From Escherichia phage CY1, in sequence record OM937123.1: DNA of 39,173 bases. The stretch is one strand, 5' to 3'. Under the pieces are notes generated by a model that was not told the origin of the DNA, did not search any database, and was given only the letters and a program-made list of their open reading frames with translations. Shown one piece after another: positions 1-10,224 of the stretch (positions are counted from its first letter, which is position 1; each line of letters begins with the position of its first letter). The position numbers and the translations under genes were made by a program.

Positions 1-127
1 GCGCGGTGGGATGTATAATGACGTCTCATTGGAGGGTATCGCAAACGTACTAATCGGTAAGGAGTAACATAATGGCGACTCGTGGTATTCGCAATAACAA
101 TCCGGGTAACATCCGGGTAAGTAAGGA
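1..127. repeat. 127-bp exact duplicate of window positions 39047-39173 (end of gene 15 plus start of gene 16); probable circularisation overlap
   Basis: The first 127 nt of the window match its last 127 nt by eye. The copy carries the gp15 stop and the gp16 start, so it lies inside coding sequence. Confidence 0.85.
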
Positions 128-3100
128 CCAATGGGAAGGAATGACTGGAGATGATGGCGCATTCGTCACCTTCGATAGTCCAGAGTCTGGCGTCCGAGCT
201 TTAGGTAAAAACCTGCTGTCCTACGGTCGCCAAGGTTATGACTCCATCGAGAAGATTATCAACCGATGGGCACCTCCTAACGAAAACGACACTCAGGCTT
301 ATATTGACTCAGTGGTTGCTGCTACTGGTATTCCAGCTACCCAGAGTCTCGACCTCTCAAACCCGGACACCCTGTCTTCTCTGGCGCAAGCTATCAGCTT
401 CCATGAGACAGGCTCCCGGTATGACCCTGAAGTCTATCAGAAGGGAGTCGAAAGAGCACTTAACGGTATCAGCCCAAAGACTCCACCAGTAAGCGCAAAC
501 GTATTTGACGCACTCACGGAAGGACTCAAGGCTAAACCTAAAGTAGCTCTGGGTGAGAACCTTCCGACCGCTGCTGGTCTAAACATTGAGGGTCAAGCAC
601 CTGAAGCTCCCAACGAATCGTTCGGTGAGATGTTCTATAAGTCTACTGGCGAGACCATGCAGGAGCGAGAAGACCGTTCTACGTGGTTTGGTTTCGGTGC
701 GGCTACAGAAGCTGAAGTGAAGAACTCTATGGTCGGCGTGGCTATCCGCGCTGGTCAGACCGAGGACTCACTTGATGTCATTGGCGATGTGTTCAACCCG
801 ACCCGCTGGAACAACCATAAATGGACCCGTGAGGAGCTTGACCAGATTCGTAACGCTGGGGTTCTGCCTCAGTATTACGGAGTCATTACGGGTGGCTCTC
901 CTCAGAACCTGACCGAGCTTATTAACTTGGCGCTTGAGAACCAGAAGTTGGACCAAGAGAGGGCCAAGTCTGGGACTGGTGCTCATTTAGCTGCTGGTTT
1001 GATTGGCGCTGGTGTGGACCCCCTGACCTACGTTCCTATCGCTGGACAGGTGGGTAAAGGCGGTAAACTGGTCAACAAGATGTTCACAGTGGCTGCCCAA
1101 GTTGGAGCACTATCTGGTGTGTCTGAGGTTGCCCGTACCTCAGTGGCTGGTGGTGATGCTCATGTGGCTGAAGCTATCCTTGGTGGTGCTCTATTCGGTG
1201 CAGGTATGACTGCTATCGCTGATGGCTTAGGTAGAGCCTTAGGTCGCAACACTAATGAGTTCGCTGGTCCAGCTACACGTCTGGAAGCCCGTGAGACCGC
1301 TCGTAACGTTGATGGTCAGGACCTGTCTCGTCTCCCTATTCAGGAAGGTGAGCAGACCTTTAGTCATCAGGGCGTTAAGTTCGCTGACGTGCCGAATGAG
1401 CCTGGAAGTGTTCGACTTGAGGATGGTTCAATCTTGATTGGCGAGAACCCTCTTAACCCTAAGACACGTCAAGTCTTTGACGAAGTGATTGAGCCGGAAC
1501 GTGCCGCTGCTGGTGTGAACCTTGGTGGACTTACCGAGATTGGCCTGAAGCTACTTCGGTCTGAGAACCCTGAGATTCGTGGAGTAGCTGCTGACTTAGT
1601 ACGTTCACCGACTGGTATGCAGTCTGGGGCCTCAGGTAAAATCGGGACCACTGCGTCTGACGCGTTCGAGAGACTTCGTGCTGTAGACCATCGGTTCTAC
1701 AACGACTTCGACGTTGCAGTTACTGAGGCACTCAAGGACCCGTACTTCCAGACAGCATTCTGGCGAGATAACTCAGCTCTGCGTGAGGATGTCCATAAGC
1801 GCGTAGCTTTGGCTATTGAAGATGGTAGTGGGAACCTGAAGTCTGAACTTACACCGGGGGAACTGAAAGTCTATGACCTGCTGAAGAACCTGTTTGATAC
1901 AAAGCGCGAGATGATGGAGAACCCAGCGATGTTTGGTCGTACAGACGCTAAGTCTATCTTTCCGGGTAGTAGATTCAAGGGAACCTACGTTCCTGTAGTC
2001 TACAGTTCTCCGATGAAGCAGCTTTATATCAATGAGCTTGGAAGCCCAGAGGCATTACAGGAGGCAATCAAGAAGTCATTTCTAGCAAGCTATGCGTCAA
2101 GACCTAAAGTCAAGGCTAGGATTGATGAATATCTGAAGGAGAAGCATAAGGACGTTTTCGCCAAAGCTGAAGCTGACGCCAAACTTGCGCCTGAGCGACC
2201 TCCTGTAGAATCAGCCCGTGACCAGATGAAACTGGACGATGCAGCTACACAGGCAATTGATAAGGTAGCGGAACTCAAAGATGTCCTTACCAACGCTGAG
2301 AAGCGAGTTGCAGACCGTGAAAAGAAACTCCAGAACTCCAAGGACAGACTGGCTTCGCATGAAGCTAAGCTGAAGGAGTTGGAAGAAAAACTAGCTGCTA
2401 AGCCTAATAGCAAGACCATTCCCGTTAAGATTGAGAGCCGGAAGCAGATGATTGAGACCCAGAAGTCTCACATTCGTATTAACACCGAGCGTCTCGAATA
2501 CACGAAAGGACAGGCTGCTAAGGTCAGAGACAGAATCACCAAAGCAACAACTGAAGCTGAAGCGGCTGTGACAGCTGCCAAAGGGAAGAAGACTTCTGTA
2601 GATGGTCATGCCACTACTACTACTGCTGGTGAAACTACATCTGGTAACGCATCTCAAGCAGCACCAGAGGTGACTATGGAGATGGTAGAGAAGTATGCTA
2701 ATGATAAGGCTTATGGTATCTCCCATACAGATCAGTTTGAGCGTTCATCCGTAATGGAAGAAAACATCAACGGTCTGGTCGGTCTGGAGAACAATAACTT
2801 CCTTGAGGCTCGCAACCTGTTCGATACCGACGTGGAAATCACCCTGCCAAATGGTAAGCAGTTCAGCGTAAACAGTCTACGTGAGTGGGACATGGACAAG
2901 ATTGTCCCGGCCTACAACCGTCGAGTTAATGGCGATATTGCTATCATGGCTGGTACAGGAAAAACCACTAAGGAAATGAAGGACTTGGTTGAGACCCTGA
3001 TGAACAAGGCTGGTGATGACGGCAAGTTGAAAGGTGAGGTCTCGACCTTACGTGACACCTTGAAGATTCTCACTGGTCGTGCCAGACGTGATGGTGCTGA

Positions 3101-4463
3101 CGATGCTGCCTTCGCTACAGTGATGCGCACAATGACAGACCTATCGTTCTTCGCTAAGAATGCCTACATGGGTGTTCAGAACTTAACGGAGATTGGTGGT
3201 ATGCTAGCTCGTGGTAACGTTCGTGCATTGCTACATGGAGTCCCGATGTTCCGTGACCTAGCCTTCCGTAACAAGAAGGTAGGGGCCTCAGAGATTAAGG
3301 ACCTGCACAATGTTATCTTCGGTAAGGAACTGGACGACTCAATCCGTCCGTCCAAACAGGATGTCATTGACCGTCTGCGAGCGTACAGTGACTTGAGTAA
3401 ACCAACAGCTACAGCTCTAGGGACTGCCAAGTATTACACTGGTGAACTTGCAGTACGCTCTCCATTCACTAAAGTCCTCAACGGCACGACAAACTACCTG
3501 TTAGATGCTGGACGTCAAGGCTTCCTGTCTGATATCGTGGAGCATAGTCTGACTGGCAGTAAGCGTAAGTTCGATGACCGCTGGCTGAAGACCGCTGGTA
3601 TCTCTGACGAGCAGTGGAAGGGCATTAAGTCCCTAATCCGTGAGTCAGTGACTCGTGGTCCAGACGGGAAGTACACCATCAAGGATAAGAAGGCGTTCAG
3701 TCAGGACCCAAGGGCTATGGACCTGTGGCGTATGGGTGACACCATCGCTGACGAAACGATACTCCGTCCTTATAAGCTATCCAACATGGATGCCAAGGCT
3801 TATGGTCCTCTCGCTAAGACTGTCCTTCAGTTTAAGAACTTCGTCATCAAGTCCATCAATGGGCGAACCATGCGAACCTTCTATAACGCCACGAAGAACA
3901 ACCGAGCGATGGACGCTGCTCTGTCCACTGTGATGTCTATGGGTCTAGCTGGTATCTACTACATGGCTCAGGCGCACGTCAAGGCTTACGCTATGCAGGA
4001 TGGTCGAGACCGTGATTACCTCAAGAAAGCTCTGGACCCGACGATGATTGGCTATGCGGCTCTGTCCCGTAGCTCGCATCTGGGCGGCCCACTTGGGGTA
4101 GCTAACATTCTGGGTGGCATCGCTGGGTATGAGGACACTAAGTTACTCCGCTCGTCTATCCTACCTCGTTCGCCTACAGAGAAGCCTGAACGTGCCATCG
4201 CGTATGGTGCAGCCACAAGTGACCCTGTGATGAATGTTGTTGGTAACTTCTTGGAGCAGGTTCCAGCTTTCGGATATGCTGCTAACGTTGGAGCTTCGGC
4301 TTACAACTTGGCTGGCTACCTCAAGGCTGATACTCGTGTCAACGAGCGTGACTACATGACCGGGATGTATAATACGTTCCGTGAACTGGTTCCGAACGAC
4401 CCACTTACCCAGAAGCTGTTGCTTGGAACGTTTGAGGAGCAAGGTATCCACATCAAGGACTAA
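72..4463 (+). CDS. gp16: Internal virion protein D (gp16 homologue, ejectosome/core protein), 1463 aa, with non-T7 N-terminal domain
   Basis: ATG with AAGGAG Shine-Dalgarno. From about aa 200 onward the translation tracks T7 gp16 (STWFGF..., VDPLTYVP, PEMVEKYA.DKAYGISH, NGDIAIM.GTGKTTKE, NDPLTQ.L). The first ~200 aa are unlike the T7 transglycosylase domain. Confidence 0.93.
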   Translation: MATRGIRNNNPGNIRVSKDQWEGMTGDDGAFVTFDSPESGVRALGKNLLSYGRQGYDSIEKIINRWAPPNENDTQAYIDSVVAATGIPATQSLDLSNPDTLSSLAQAISFHETGSRYDPEVYQKGVERALNGISPKTPPVSANVFDALTEGLKAKPKVALGENLPTAAGLNIEGQAPEAPNESFGEMFYKSTGETMQEREDRSTWFGFGAATEAEVKNSMVGVAIRAGQTEDSLDVIGDVFNPTRWNNHKWTREELDQIRNAGVLPQYYGVITGGSPQNLTELINLALENQKLDQERAKSGTGAHLAAGLIGAGVDPLTYVPIAGQVGKGGKLVNKMFTVAAQVGALSGVSEVARTSVAGGDAHVAEAILGGALFGAGMTAIADGLGRALGRNTNEFAGPATRLEARETARNVDGQDLSRLPIQEGEQTFSHQGVKFADVPNEPGSVRLEDGSILIGENPLNPKTRQVFDEVIEPERAAAGVNLGGLTEIGLKLLRSENPEIRGVAADLVRSPTGMQSGASGKIGTTASDAFERLRAVDHRFYNDFDVAVTEALKDPYFQTAFWRDNSALREDVHKRVALAIEDGSGNLKSELTPGELKVYDLLKNLFDTKREMMENPAMFGRTDAKSIFPGSRFKGTYVPVVYSSPMKQLYINELGSPEALQEAIKKSFLASYASRPKVKARIDEYLKEKHKDVFAKAEADAKLAPERPPVESARDQMKLDDAATQAIDKVAELKDVLTNAEKRVADREKKLQNSKDRLASHEAKLKELEEKLAAKPNSKTIPVKIESRKQMIETQKSHIRINTERLEYTKGQAAKVRDRITKATTEAEAAVTAAKGKKTSVDGHATTTTAGETTSGNASQAAPEVTMEMVEKYANDKAYGISHTDQFERSSVMEENINGLVGLENNNFLEARNLFDTDVEITLPNGKQFSVNSLREWDMDKIVPAYNRRVNGDIAIMAGTGKTTKEMKDLVETLMNKAGDDGKLKGEVSTLRDTLKILTGRARRDGADDAAFATVMRTMTDLSFFAKNAYMGVQNLTEIGGMLARGNVRALLHGVPMFRDLAFRNKKVGASEIKDLHNVIFGKELDDSIRPSKQDVIDRLRAYSDLSKPTATALGTAKYYTGELAVRSPFTKVLNGTTNYLLDAGRQGFLSDIVEHSLTGSKRKFDDRWLKTAGISDEQWKGIKSLIRESVTRGPDGKYTIKDKKAFSQDPRAMDLWRMGDTIADETILRPYKLSNMDAKAYGPLAKTVLQFKNFVIKSINGRTMRTFYNATKNNRAMDAALSTVMSMGLAGIYYMAQAHVKAYAMQDGRDRDYLKKALDPTMIGYAALSRSSHLGGPLGVANILGGIAGYEDTKLLRSSILPRSPTEKPERAIAYGAATSDPVMNVVGNFLEQVPAFGYAANVGASAYNLAGYLKADTRVNERDYMTGMYNTFRELVPNDPLTQKLLLGTFEEQGIHIKD

Positions 4464-4481
4464 ACTATCACTATAGGAAAC
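4459..4481 (+). promoter_or_regulatory. Phage RNAP promoter (phi17-like), TAAACTATCACTATAGGAAAC, +1 near 4476
   Basis: Matches the 11-copy in-window consensus aACTATCACTATAGGa; lies between gp16 and gp17, as T7 phi17 does. Confidence 0.8.
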
Positions 4482-4527
4482 GGGAGGCGCTACCATAGGT
4501 CTCCATTTAAATCACAAAGGAGGCATA

Positions 4528-6726
4528 ATGTCCACGATTACACAATTCCCTTCAGGAAACACTCAGTACAGGATTGAGTTCGACTACCTAGCCAGAACGT
4601 TTGTTGTTGTTACGCTGGTGAATAGCTCTAACCCTACCCTGAACCGTGTACTGGAAGTTGGTCGAGATTACCGATTCCTTAATCCAACGATGATTGAGGT
4701 GTTGGTTGACCAATCAGGTTTCGACATCGTTCGTATTCACCGTCAGACTGGAACTGACTTAGTGGTAGACTTCAGGAATGGCTCAGTGTTGACAGCTAGT
4801 GACCTTACCAATGCAGAGCTTCAGGCTATCCATATTGCAGAAGAAGGTCGAGACCAAACGGTTGACTTAGCGAAGGAATATGCAGATGCTGCTGGTAGGT
4901 CTGCTGGCAACGCTAAGGATAGCGAGGACGAAGCACGACGAATCGCTGCTAATATCAAGGAAGCTGGTCTAATTGGCTATATTACACGTCGCTCCTTCGA
5001 GAAAGGCTTCAACGTTACAACATGGAACGAGGCCCTGCTATGGGAAGAGGATGGTCATTATTACCGCTGGGACGGTGAACTTCCTAAAACCGTTTCTTCT
5101 GGATCAACCCCAGAGACTGCTGGTGGTGTTGGCCTTGGAAAGTGGCAACTTGTTGATGTTACTGATGTGTTGCGTAAAGATCTTGCAGGGTCTGAGGGGG
5201 CAAAATTAGTTTACGATGGCGATACGTCTGTTAGCGACAAACTTGCGGATTTAACAAGTCACGCCTTAAGCGGTTATTCAGTCATACAAAATGATGTCTA
5301 CAGGATTGCGTCCACCGCAAATTCCTTAGATTTTAACCTCTCAGTTGTAATTACTGGCGACTCCCTGAGCTTTAATGGTGTTGGCTATCCCGAAACATTT
5401 GCTGTCAATTATGCTGGGTATGCAACGGATCAGCCATTCGGTTTAAGCTCATGGTCTTATCTTCTGCGAGACGCGATCTTCACAGCGACTCCGGCATATA
5501 AAAACATCTTTGATATTCCATGGCTATCTGATGCTTCGGTATCTGGTTCCCCTGTTAGTGATTTGAAGAACCTCGGGCTTAATGGGAAGGCACTAAAATG
5601 GACGTTCGCGGAAGGTCAGTCGTTAAGTCTTTATAATGACTACCCCGGAACACCAGCGATTATTGTTTCAAAGGCTCCTGCTGCCAGTGCTGTAAAATTC
5701 AACATTGGCGGCGTGGAGTTTAACAATACATCAGTTGATGGTCTCTATCAGTCCAGTGAATACATGCTGATTCCGCTTGATAATAACTACTATGAAATAA
5801 CAATTAAAAACGTAAGAAACGCGCAAACAAATGCTCCAGGAGGGAGTCTTACCGTATACGGTATTACGCATGCAGGCAGAACATGGCCGAGGATCACAGG
5901 TAAAGGTGGGTGGACATCAGGGCAGATCCTGTCAGAGTTTGGAACGCTTGTAACTCCGTACTCACCTGATGTCATTTTCTATATCATCGGGGCTAATGAT
6001 ATTGGTCTTGGTGTTCCTGTTGCAGATTTCAAAAGCAATGTCGAAGCCTTCGTTCAGCAAGCGAGAGCACTAAAAAGCGACTCCATAATTGTTTTGATGT
6101 CAACGCCTCCAGAGCAGAGTTTGCCTTACCAGACAATCAAGCCTTACATTGCAGCGATGAAGGACATTGCAATTCAGTATAAATGCTCTCTCATCGATTT
6201 GTATGAAGCTATGCGGACATTAAACCCTAATTACTACAGGTTTGATAATATCCACTGGAAAGCAGCTGGTGATAACTTTGTCTATAACTACATCAAAGAA
6301 AAAATCATTCCAACGCTTAACAACAGCACTTTTGACCCGACAAGGGAGGCGTACACTGGTGCTGGCGGACTGGCTGGAAAACGTGCATCTCAAACATTTA
6401 ATGTTAGCGTTACTGCATCTGCTACAACGCCGACCAAGTCTAACGGAGGATATATTGAACCATATATTACGGCGTATTACTCAACCAGTCACGGAATTGT
6501 AAACCTAAACATTAAGGCTCCAGTAGGGTTTAAGATATCTAGCTTTTCATATCTTCCCGATACAATCGGATGGGGGAAGAGGGTGATACTCTCTGCATAT
6601 AACGATGCGGATTATCAGGAGGCTCTTTTTTCGCTTATAGATAATGCTACTAACAACCCTGTAAGTATTGATGGCACAGATGCGAAAGTAATTGTGACAA
6701 TCACAAGGGATGAAAGTAAAATATAA
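4528..6726 (+). CDS. gp17: Tail fibre protein (gp17 homologue) with T7-like N-terminal anchor and a C-terminal GDSL/SGNH hydrolase-like domain
   Basis: SD AAAGGAGG. The N-terminal ~150 aa resemble the T7 gp17 tail-attachment domain. Downstream, SGNH motifs are visible: GDSL (ITGDSLSF, nt ~5356), GxND (IIGANDIG, nt ~5989) and DxxH (FDNIHW, nt ~6241). Confidence 0.9.
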   Translation: MSTITQFPSGNTQYRIEFDYLARTFVVVTLVNSSNPTLNRVLEVGRDYRFLNPTMIEVLVDQSGFDIVRIHRQTGTDLVVDFRNGSVLTASDLTNAELQAIHIAEEGRDQTVDLAKEYADAAGRSAGNAKDSEDEARRIAANIKEAGLIGYITRRSFEKGFNVTTWNEALLWEEDGHYYRWDGELPKTVSSGSTPETAGGVGLGKWQLVDVTDVLRKDLAGSEGAKLVYDGDTSVSDKLADLTSHALSGYSVIQNDVYRIASTANSLDFNLSVVITGDSLSFNGVGYPETFAVNYAGYATDQPFGLSSWSYLLRDAIFTATPAYKNIFDIPWLSDASVSGSPVSDLKNLGLNGKALKWTFAEGQSLSLYNDYPGTPAIIVSKAPAASAVKFNIGGVEFNNTSVDGLYQSSEYMLIPLDNNYYEITIKNVRNAQTNAPGGSLTVYGITHAGRTWPRITGKGGWTSGQILSEFGTLVTPYSPDVIFYIIGANDIGLGVPVADFKSNVEAFVQQARALKSDSIIVLMSTPPEQSLPYQTIKPYIAAMKDIAIQYKCSLIDLYEAMRTLNPNYYRFDNIHWKAAGDNFVYNYIKEKIIPTLNNSTFDPTREAYTGAGGLAGKRASQTFNVSVTASATTPTKSNGGYIEPYITAYYSTSHGIVNLNIKAPVGFKISSFSYLPDTIGWGKRVILSAYNDADYQEALFSLIDNATNNPVSIDGTDAKVIVTITRDESKI

Positions 6727-6801
6727 TAATCTAACTACACGCTGACCAACGTATGGTAACAACTTTGGGTCACGGACGACCCGCTTTAAACTGGAGGTTT
6801 T

Positions 6802-6996
6802 ATGATTGAGTTAGACTTCAAGAATGAGGTCCTTAAAGCCTCTCCTATCGTCGGGACCGCTGCGGCTGATGGTGCCAGTCGGTTCTTCTTCGGACTTACA
6901 CTGAACGAATGGTTCTACGTTGCAGCTATCGCGTACACCGTTGTCCAGATTGGTGTGCTAGTCTACAAAACGATTAAAGGAGGTGGTAAAACATGA
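6802..6996 (+). CDS. gp17.5: Holin (gp17.5-like), 64 aa
   Basis: Position immediately after the tail fibre gene; hydrophobic stretch WFYVAAIAYTVVQIGVLVY; SD GGAGG. Confidence 0.75.
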   Translation: MIELDFKNEVLKASPIVGTAAADGASRFFFGLTLNEWFYVAAIAYTVVQIGVLVYKTIKGGGKT

Positions 6997-7256
6997 CGCA
7001 GATGGACTTAGAGAAGTTCCTCTTAATGCTAGATACTGAACGTGCTCGACTCATGCTGCAAGACCTGCGGGATGACTCTAAGCGTTCACCTCAGCTCTAC
7101 AACGCCATTGAGAAGCTGCTGGCTCGTCACAACTTCGTGTTAAGCAAGGTGTCTGTTGACGAGAAGACGCTCGCTGATATGGAGGCCCTGAACGCAGAGT
7201 ACGATAAGGTGCTTTCAGCGACTGAGGATAATGACACAGGGTATGGTGTTCAATAA
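6993..7256 (+). CDS. gp18: Terminase small subunit (gp18-like), 87 aa
   Basis: Synteny (after the holin, before the spanins), size, and SD GGAGGTGG. Confidence 0.75.
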   Translation: MTQMDLEKFLLMLDTERARLMLQDLRDDSKRSPQLYNAIEKLLARHNFVLSKVSVDEKTLADMEALNAEYDKVLSATEDNDTGYGVQ

Positions 7257-7260
7257 GTGT

Positions 7261-7305
7261 TAGACTCAAGGTCATTACTATATGTAGGGGCCTTTATGGT
7301 TAACA
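7261..7305 (+). ncRNA. RNase III-type processing hairpin (R18.5-like)
   Basis: Conserved element tagACTCAAGGTCAt...GGCCTTTATGgtta, which recurs at 15911 and 22804 and resembles the T7 R1.1 site as I remember it. Confidence 0.5.
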
Positions 7306-7357
7306 CTAACTAGTGGAGGCGACTCTACGTGAAATCTGATAAACCGGGAGGGCAACT

Positions 7358-7807
7358 ATGCTCGAATTTTTAAAGAGAGCGGCTCCGTGGTTACTTGCAG
7401 CAGTGATGTTTGCTGGTGGCTACCACACCGCTAACAATAAGTGGGAGGCTAAGGTCAATGCAGAATACACCTCGAATCTTAAGGCATCGGAGGATACAAG
7501 ACTTGCTGTCCAAGCCGAAGTCAACAAAGTGTCCAAACGGTTTCAGGACGAAATGTCCTCGCTGGAAGGCAGCACTGATAGGATTATTGCTGACCTTCAG
7601 TCTGACAATAAGCGGTTGCGCATCAGAGTCAAACCAACGAGTGGAACCACGCAAAGTGACGGTCGATGCGTCATTGATGGTTACGCCGAACTTGACGAAC
7701 GAGATGCTAAACGTCTTATCACCATCGGACTAAAAGGGGACGCTTGGATTAAAGCACTACAGGATACTGTGAGATCCTTACAGCAAGATAAGGAGGTGAC
7801 GCATTGA
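7358..7807 (+). CDS. gp18.5: i-spanin (Rz-like, gp18.5 homologue), 149 aa
   Basis: N-terminal membrane anchor ([12 protein letters not shown]) followed by a coiled-coil-like periplasmic region; SD GGGAGGG; sits between small and large terminase genes as in T7. Confidence 0.8.
   Translation: MLEFLKRAAPWLLAAVMFAGGYHTANNKWEAKVNAEYTSNLKASEDTRLAVQAEVNKVSKRFQDEMSSLEGSTDRIIADLQSDNKRLRIRVKPTSGTTQSDGRCVIDGYAELDERDAKRLITIGLKGDAWIKALQDTVRSLQQDKEVTH
7458..7733 (+). CDS. gp18.7: o-spanin (Rz1-like lipoprotein, gp18.7 analogue) embedded in the +1 frame of the i-spanin gene; start codon uncertain
   Basis: The embedded ORF encodes a lipoprotein signal and lipobox ([14 protein letters not shown]|C). The listed ORF opens at 7410; the ATG at 7458 is my chosen start. 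Confidence 0.55.
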   Translation: MQNTPRILRHRRIQDLLSKPKSTKCPNGFRTKCPRWKAALIGLLLTFSLTISGCASESNQRVEPRKVTVDASLMVTPNLTNEMLNVLSPSD

Positions 7808-9567
7808 GTAAAGACTTAGTGGCGCGTCAGGCGCTAATGACTGCCCGTATGAAGGCAGACTTCGTGTTCTTCCTGTTCGTTCTATGGAAAGCTCTGTCAC
7901 TCCCAGTCCCGACTCGCTGTCAGATTGACATGGCGAAGAAACTATCGGCTGGGGACAACAGGCGTTTCATCCTACAGGCGTTCCGTGGTATCGGGAAGTC
8001 CTTCATTACGTGTGCCTTCGTGGTCTGGAAGCTATGGAATAACCCAGACTTGAAGTTCATGATTGTGTCGGCCTCAAAGGAACGAGCCGATGCGAACTCC
8101 ATCTTCATCAAGCGAATCATCGACCTCATGCCACAGCTTCAGGAACTCAAACCTAAGCAGGGACAGCGAGATGCGGTTATCAGCTTTGACGTTGGGCCAG
8201 CCAAGCCCGACCACTCACCTTCGGTTAAGTCCGTTGGTATCACTGGTCAGCTGACTGGTAGTCGTGCAGACATCCTGATTGCCGATGACGTTGAGGTTCC
8301 TAACAACTCTGCTACTCAGGCTGCGCGAGACCGTCTGTCAGAGCTTGTGAAAGAGTTCGACGCTATCCTGAAGCCGGGAGGTACAATCATCTATCTGGGT
8401 ACTCCTCAGAACGAGATGACCCTGTATCGTGAGCTTGAAGGTCGTGGGTATACCACTACTATCTGGCCAGCTCGTTATCCACGCGACAGGAAGGACTGGC
8501 AGTCTTACGGCGACCGTCTGGCTCCTATGCTTCAGGCAGAACTTGAAGAGGACCCTGAGTCCTTCTACTGGCGTCCGACCGATGAGGTACGATTTGATGA
8601 TACTGACCTGAAGGAACGTGAGCTGTCCTATGGTAAAGCTGGCTTCGCTCTACAGTTCATGCTTAACCCGAACCTTAGTGATGCCGAGAAGTACCCTCTG
8701 AAGCTCCGTGACCTTATCGTAGCAGACTTGGACCCAGCGTCCAGCCCAATGGTCTACCAATGGTTGCCGAACCCTCAGAACAAGCGTGAGGACGTTCCTA
8801 ACGTTGGACTCATGGGTGACTCGTACCACACGTATCAGACTGTAGGTTCTTCCTTCAGTTCGTACACCCAGAAGATTCTGGTCATTGACCCTAGTGGTCG
8901 TGGTAAGGATGAAACTGGTTATGCTGTACTGTATCAGCTAAACGGCTACATCTTCGCTATGGAAGTTGGAGGTATGCGTGGTGGTTATGAGGACTCTACG
9001 CTGGAATCACTGGCTAAGATTGGTCGTAAGTGGAAGGTCAACGAATACGTCATTGAGGGTAACTTCGGGGATGGTATGTACCTTGAGTTATTCAAGCCTG
9101 TAGCGGCCCGTATTCATCCTGCTGCTGTAACTGAAGTGAAGAGTAAGGGTCAGAAAGAACTCCGCATCTGTGACGTTCTGGAGCCTATCATGGGGTCTCA
9201 CCGACTTATCGTCAACGCTGCTGCTATCGTCCAAGACTACCAGTCGGCCTCTGATAAGGATGGTGTTCGTAACCCTATCTACTCTCTCTTCTACCAGATG
9301 ACACGTATCTCTCGTGAACGTGGAGCCTTGGCACACGATGACCGACTTGATGCGCTGGCTATCGGTGTACAGTTCTTCGTTGAGTCTATGGCTAAGGATG
9401 CCAACAAAGGCGAACGTGAAGTCACTGAGGAATGGCTGGAGGAACAGATGGAGAACCCACGGAAAGGCTTCGAGTCCATCCACACTGAGTTCTGGGACAA
9501 TGGGGTCCGGGTAACTCACGATACGGACGACGAGCTTGGACTAGGGGCTTACGTTGCGTTCCACTAG
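7804..9567 (+). CDS. gp19: Terminase large subunit (gp19 homologue), 587 aa, TTG start
   Basis: Strong similarity to T7 gp19 ([84 protein letters not shown]). TTG at 7804 follows AGGAGGT with 6-nt spacing. Confidence 0.95.
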   Translation: MSKDLVARQALMTARMKADFVFFLFVLWKALSLPVPTRCQIDMAKKLSAGDNRRFILQAFRGIGKSFITCAFVVWKLWNNPDLKFMIVSASKERADANSIFIKRIIDLMPQLQELKPKQGQRDAVISFDVGPAKPDHSPSVKSVGITGQLTGSRADILIADDVEVPNNSATQAARDRLSELVKEFDAILKPGGTIIYLGTPQNEMTLYRELEGRGYTTTIWPARYPRDRKDWQSYGDRLAPMLQAELEEDPESFYWRPTDEVRFDDTDLKERELSYGKAGFALQFMLNPNLSDAEKYPLKLRDLIVADLDPASSPMVYQWLPNPQNKREDVPNVGLMGDSYHTYQTVGSSFSSYTQKILVIDPSGRGKDETGYAVLYQLNGYIFAMEVGGMRGGYEDSTLESLAKIGRKWKVNEYVIEGNFGDGMYLELFKPVAARIHPAAVTEVKSKGQKELRICDVLEPIMGSHRLIVNAAAIVQDYQSASDKDGVRNPIYSLFYQMTRISRERGALAHDDRLDALAIGVQFFVESMAKDANKGEREVTEEWLEEQMENPRKGFESIHTEFWDNGVRVTHDTDDELGLGAYVAFH

Positions 9568-9576
9568 CTGAATGAA

Positions 9577-9625
9577 TAACTATAGGTGAAATCTGCATGA
9601 ATACGCAGTTAGTAACCTATAGTTA
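9577..9625. other. Perfect 10-bp inverted repeat (TAACTATAGG / CCTATAGTTA) just after the terminase stop
   Basis: Arms at 9577-9586 and 9616-9625 are exact reverse complements; each arm resembles a half phage promoter. Confidence 0.5.
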
Positions 9626-9661
9626 CTACCAGTCTAACCTACTGTTTTACAAGGAGTTTGG

Positions 9662-9684
9662 ACTTAACTATCACTATAGGAAAG
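9662..9684 (+). promoter_or_regulatory. Phage RNAP promoter (phiOR-like, before gene 19.5), +1 near 9679
   Basis: TTAACTATCACTATAGGAAAG matches the in-window consensus. Confidence 0.8.
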
Positions 9685-9864
9685 ACCCCCGGTTACTTAT
9701 AGTATTACTGTAGTGAATATACATATGCAGACTTTATGCAAGACCTTAGGAGGCAGACTCCGAGTTCTTACCTAAGGCTTGCACCGATGGAAGGAGGGTG
9801 ATATTAATCATAATCCCTCCAATACAGATAGTCACCGACCATAGATACAGGAGGTATGTAGCAT

Positions 9865-10023
9865 ATGGCAAAGACCAAAGCTGTACTTAAAGCTCTGGCG
9901 ACCAATCGAGCTACATACAGGTTTCTTGCTGCTGTTCTACTTGCTGCTGGCGTTACTGCTGGAAGTCAGTGGGTCGGGTGGGTCGAGACTCTCGTATGCT
10001 CTCTGGTGTCTCAGTGTAATTAA
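9865..10023 (+). CDS. gp19.5: gp19.5-like small protein, 52 aa (below the ORF-track cutoff)
   Basis: My translation MAKTKAVLKALATNRATYRFLAAVLLAAGVTAGSQWVGWVETLVCSLVSQCN resembles T7 gp19.5 (..RVTYRFL..). SD AGGAGGT upstream. Confidence 0.65.
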   Translation: MAKTKAVLKALATNRATYRFLAAVLLAAGVTAGSQWVGWVETLVCSLVSQCN

Positions 10024-10186
10024 CGCAATCATGGTAACGATTCATGAGCGGAAGACCTAAGGTCAGTACGTGGATAAATACTCACTCTACTGACCTTAGC
10101 TACTGTAGTCAAGGACTTTAGGTAACACCTTAATAGAAGCTCACTTAGGGTCATCCTACTTATTGGTCTATCCTAGTGTCGCCTGA

Positions 10187-10224
10187 CCTACGGTCCTTGA
10201 CCTACAGTAGCTGCCACCTACAGT
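10187..10224. repeat. Array of three short direct repeats (CCTAC[A/G]GT) near the genome end
   Basis: Copies at 10187, 10201 and 10217. Analogous to the CCTAAAG-type arrays flanking the T7 terminal repetition. Confidence 0.6.

Noticed and set aside
1-127. Direct terminal repeat of the phage genome
   Set aside because: The duplicated segment is coding sequence at the gene 15/16 junction and is 127 bp long, as expected for an assembly overlap; the real terminal repeat is expected in the non-coding region around 10.2-10.5 kb.
238-492. Alternative-frame ORFs inside gp16 and other large genes (e.g. 238-492, 3655-3933, 4973-5209)
   Set aside because: Short open frames nested in other frames of well-supported genes, without SD sequences; expected by chance in sequence of about 50% GC.
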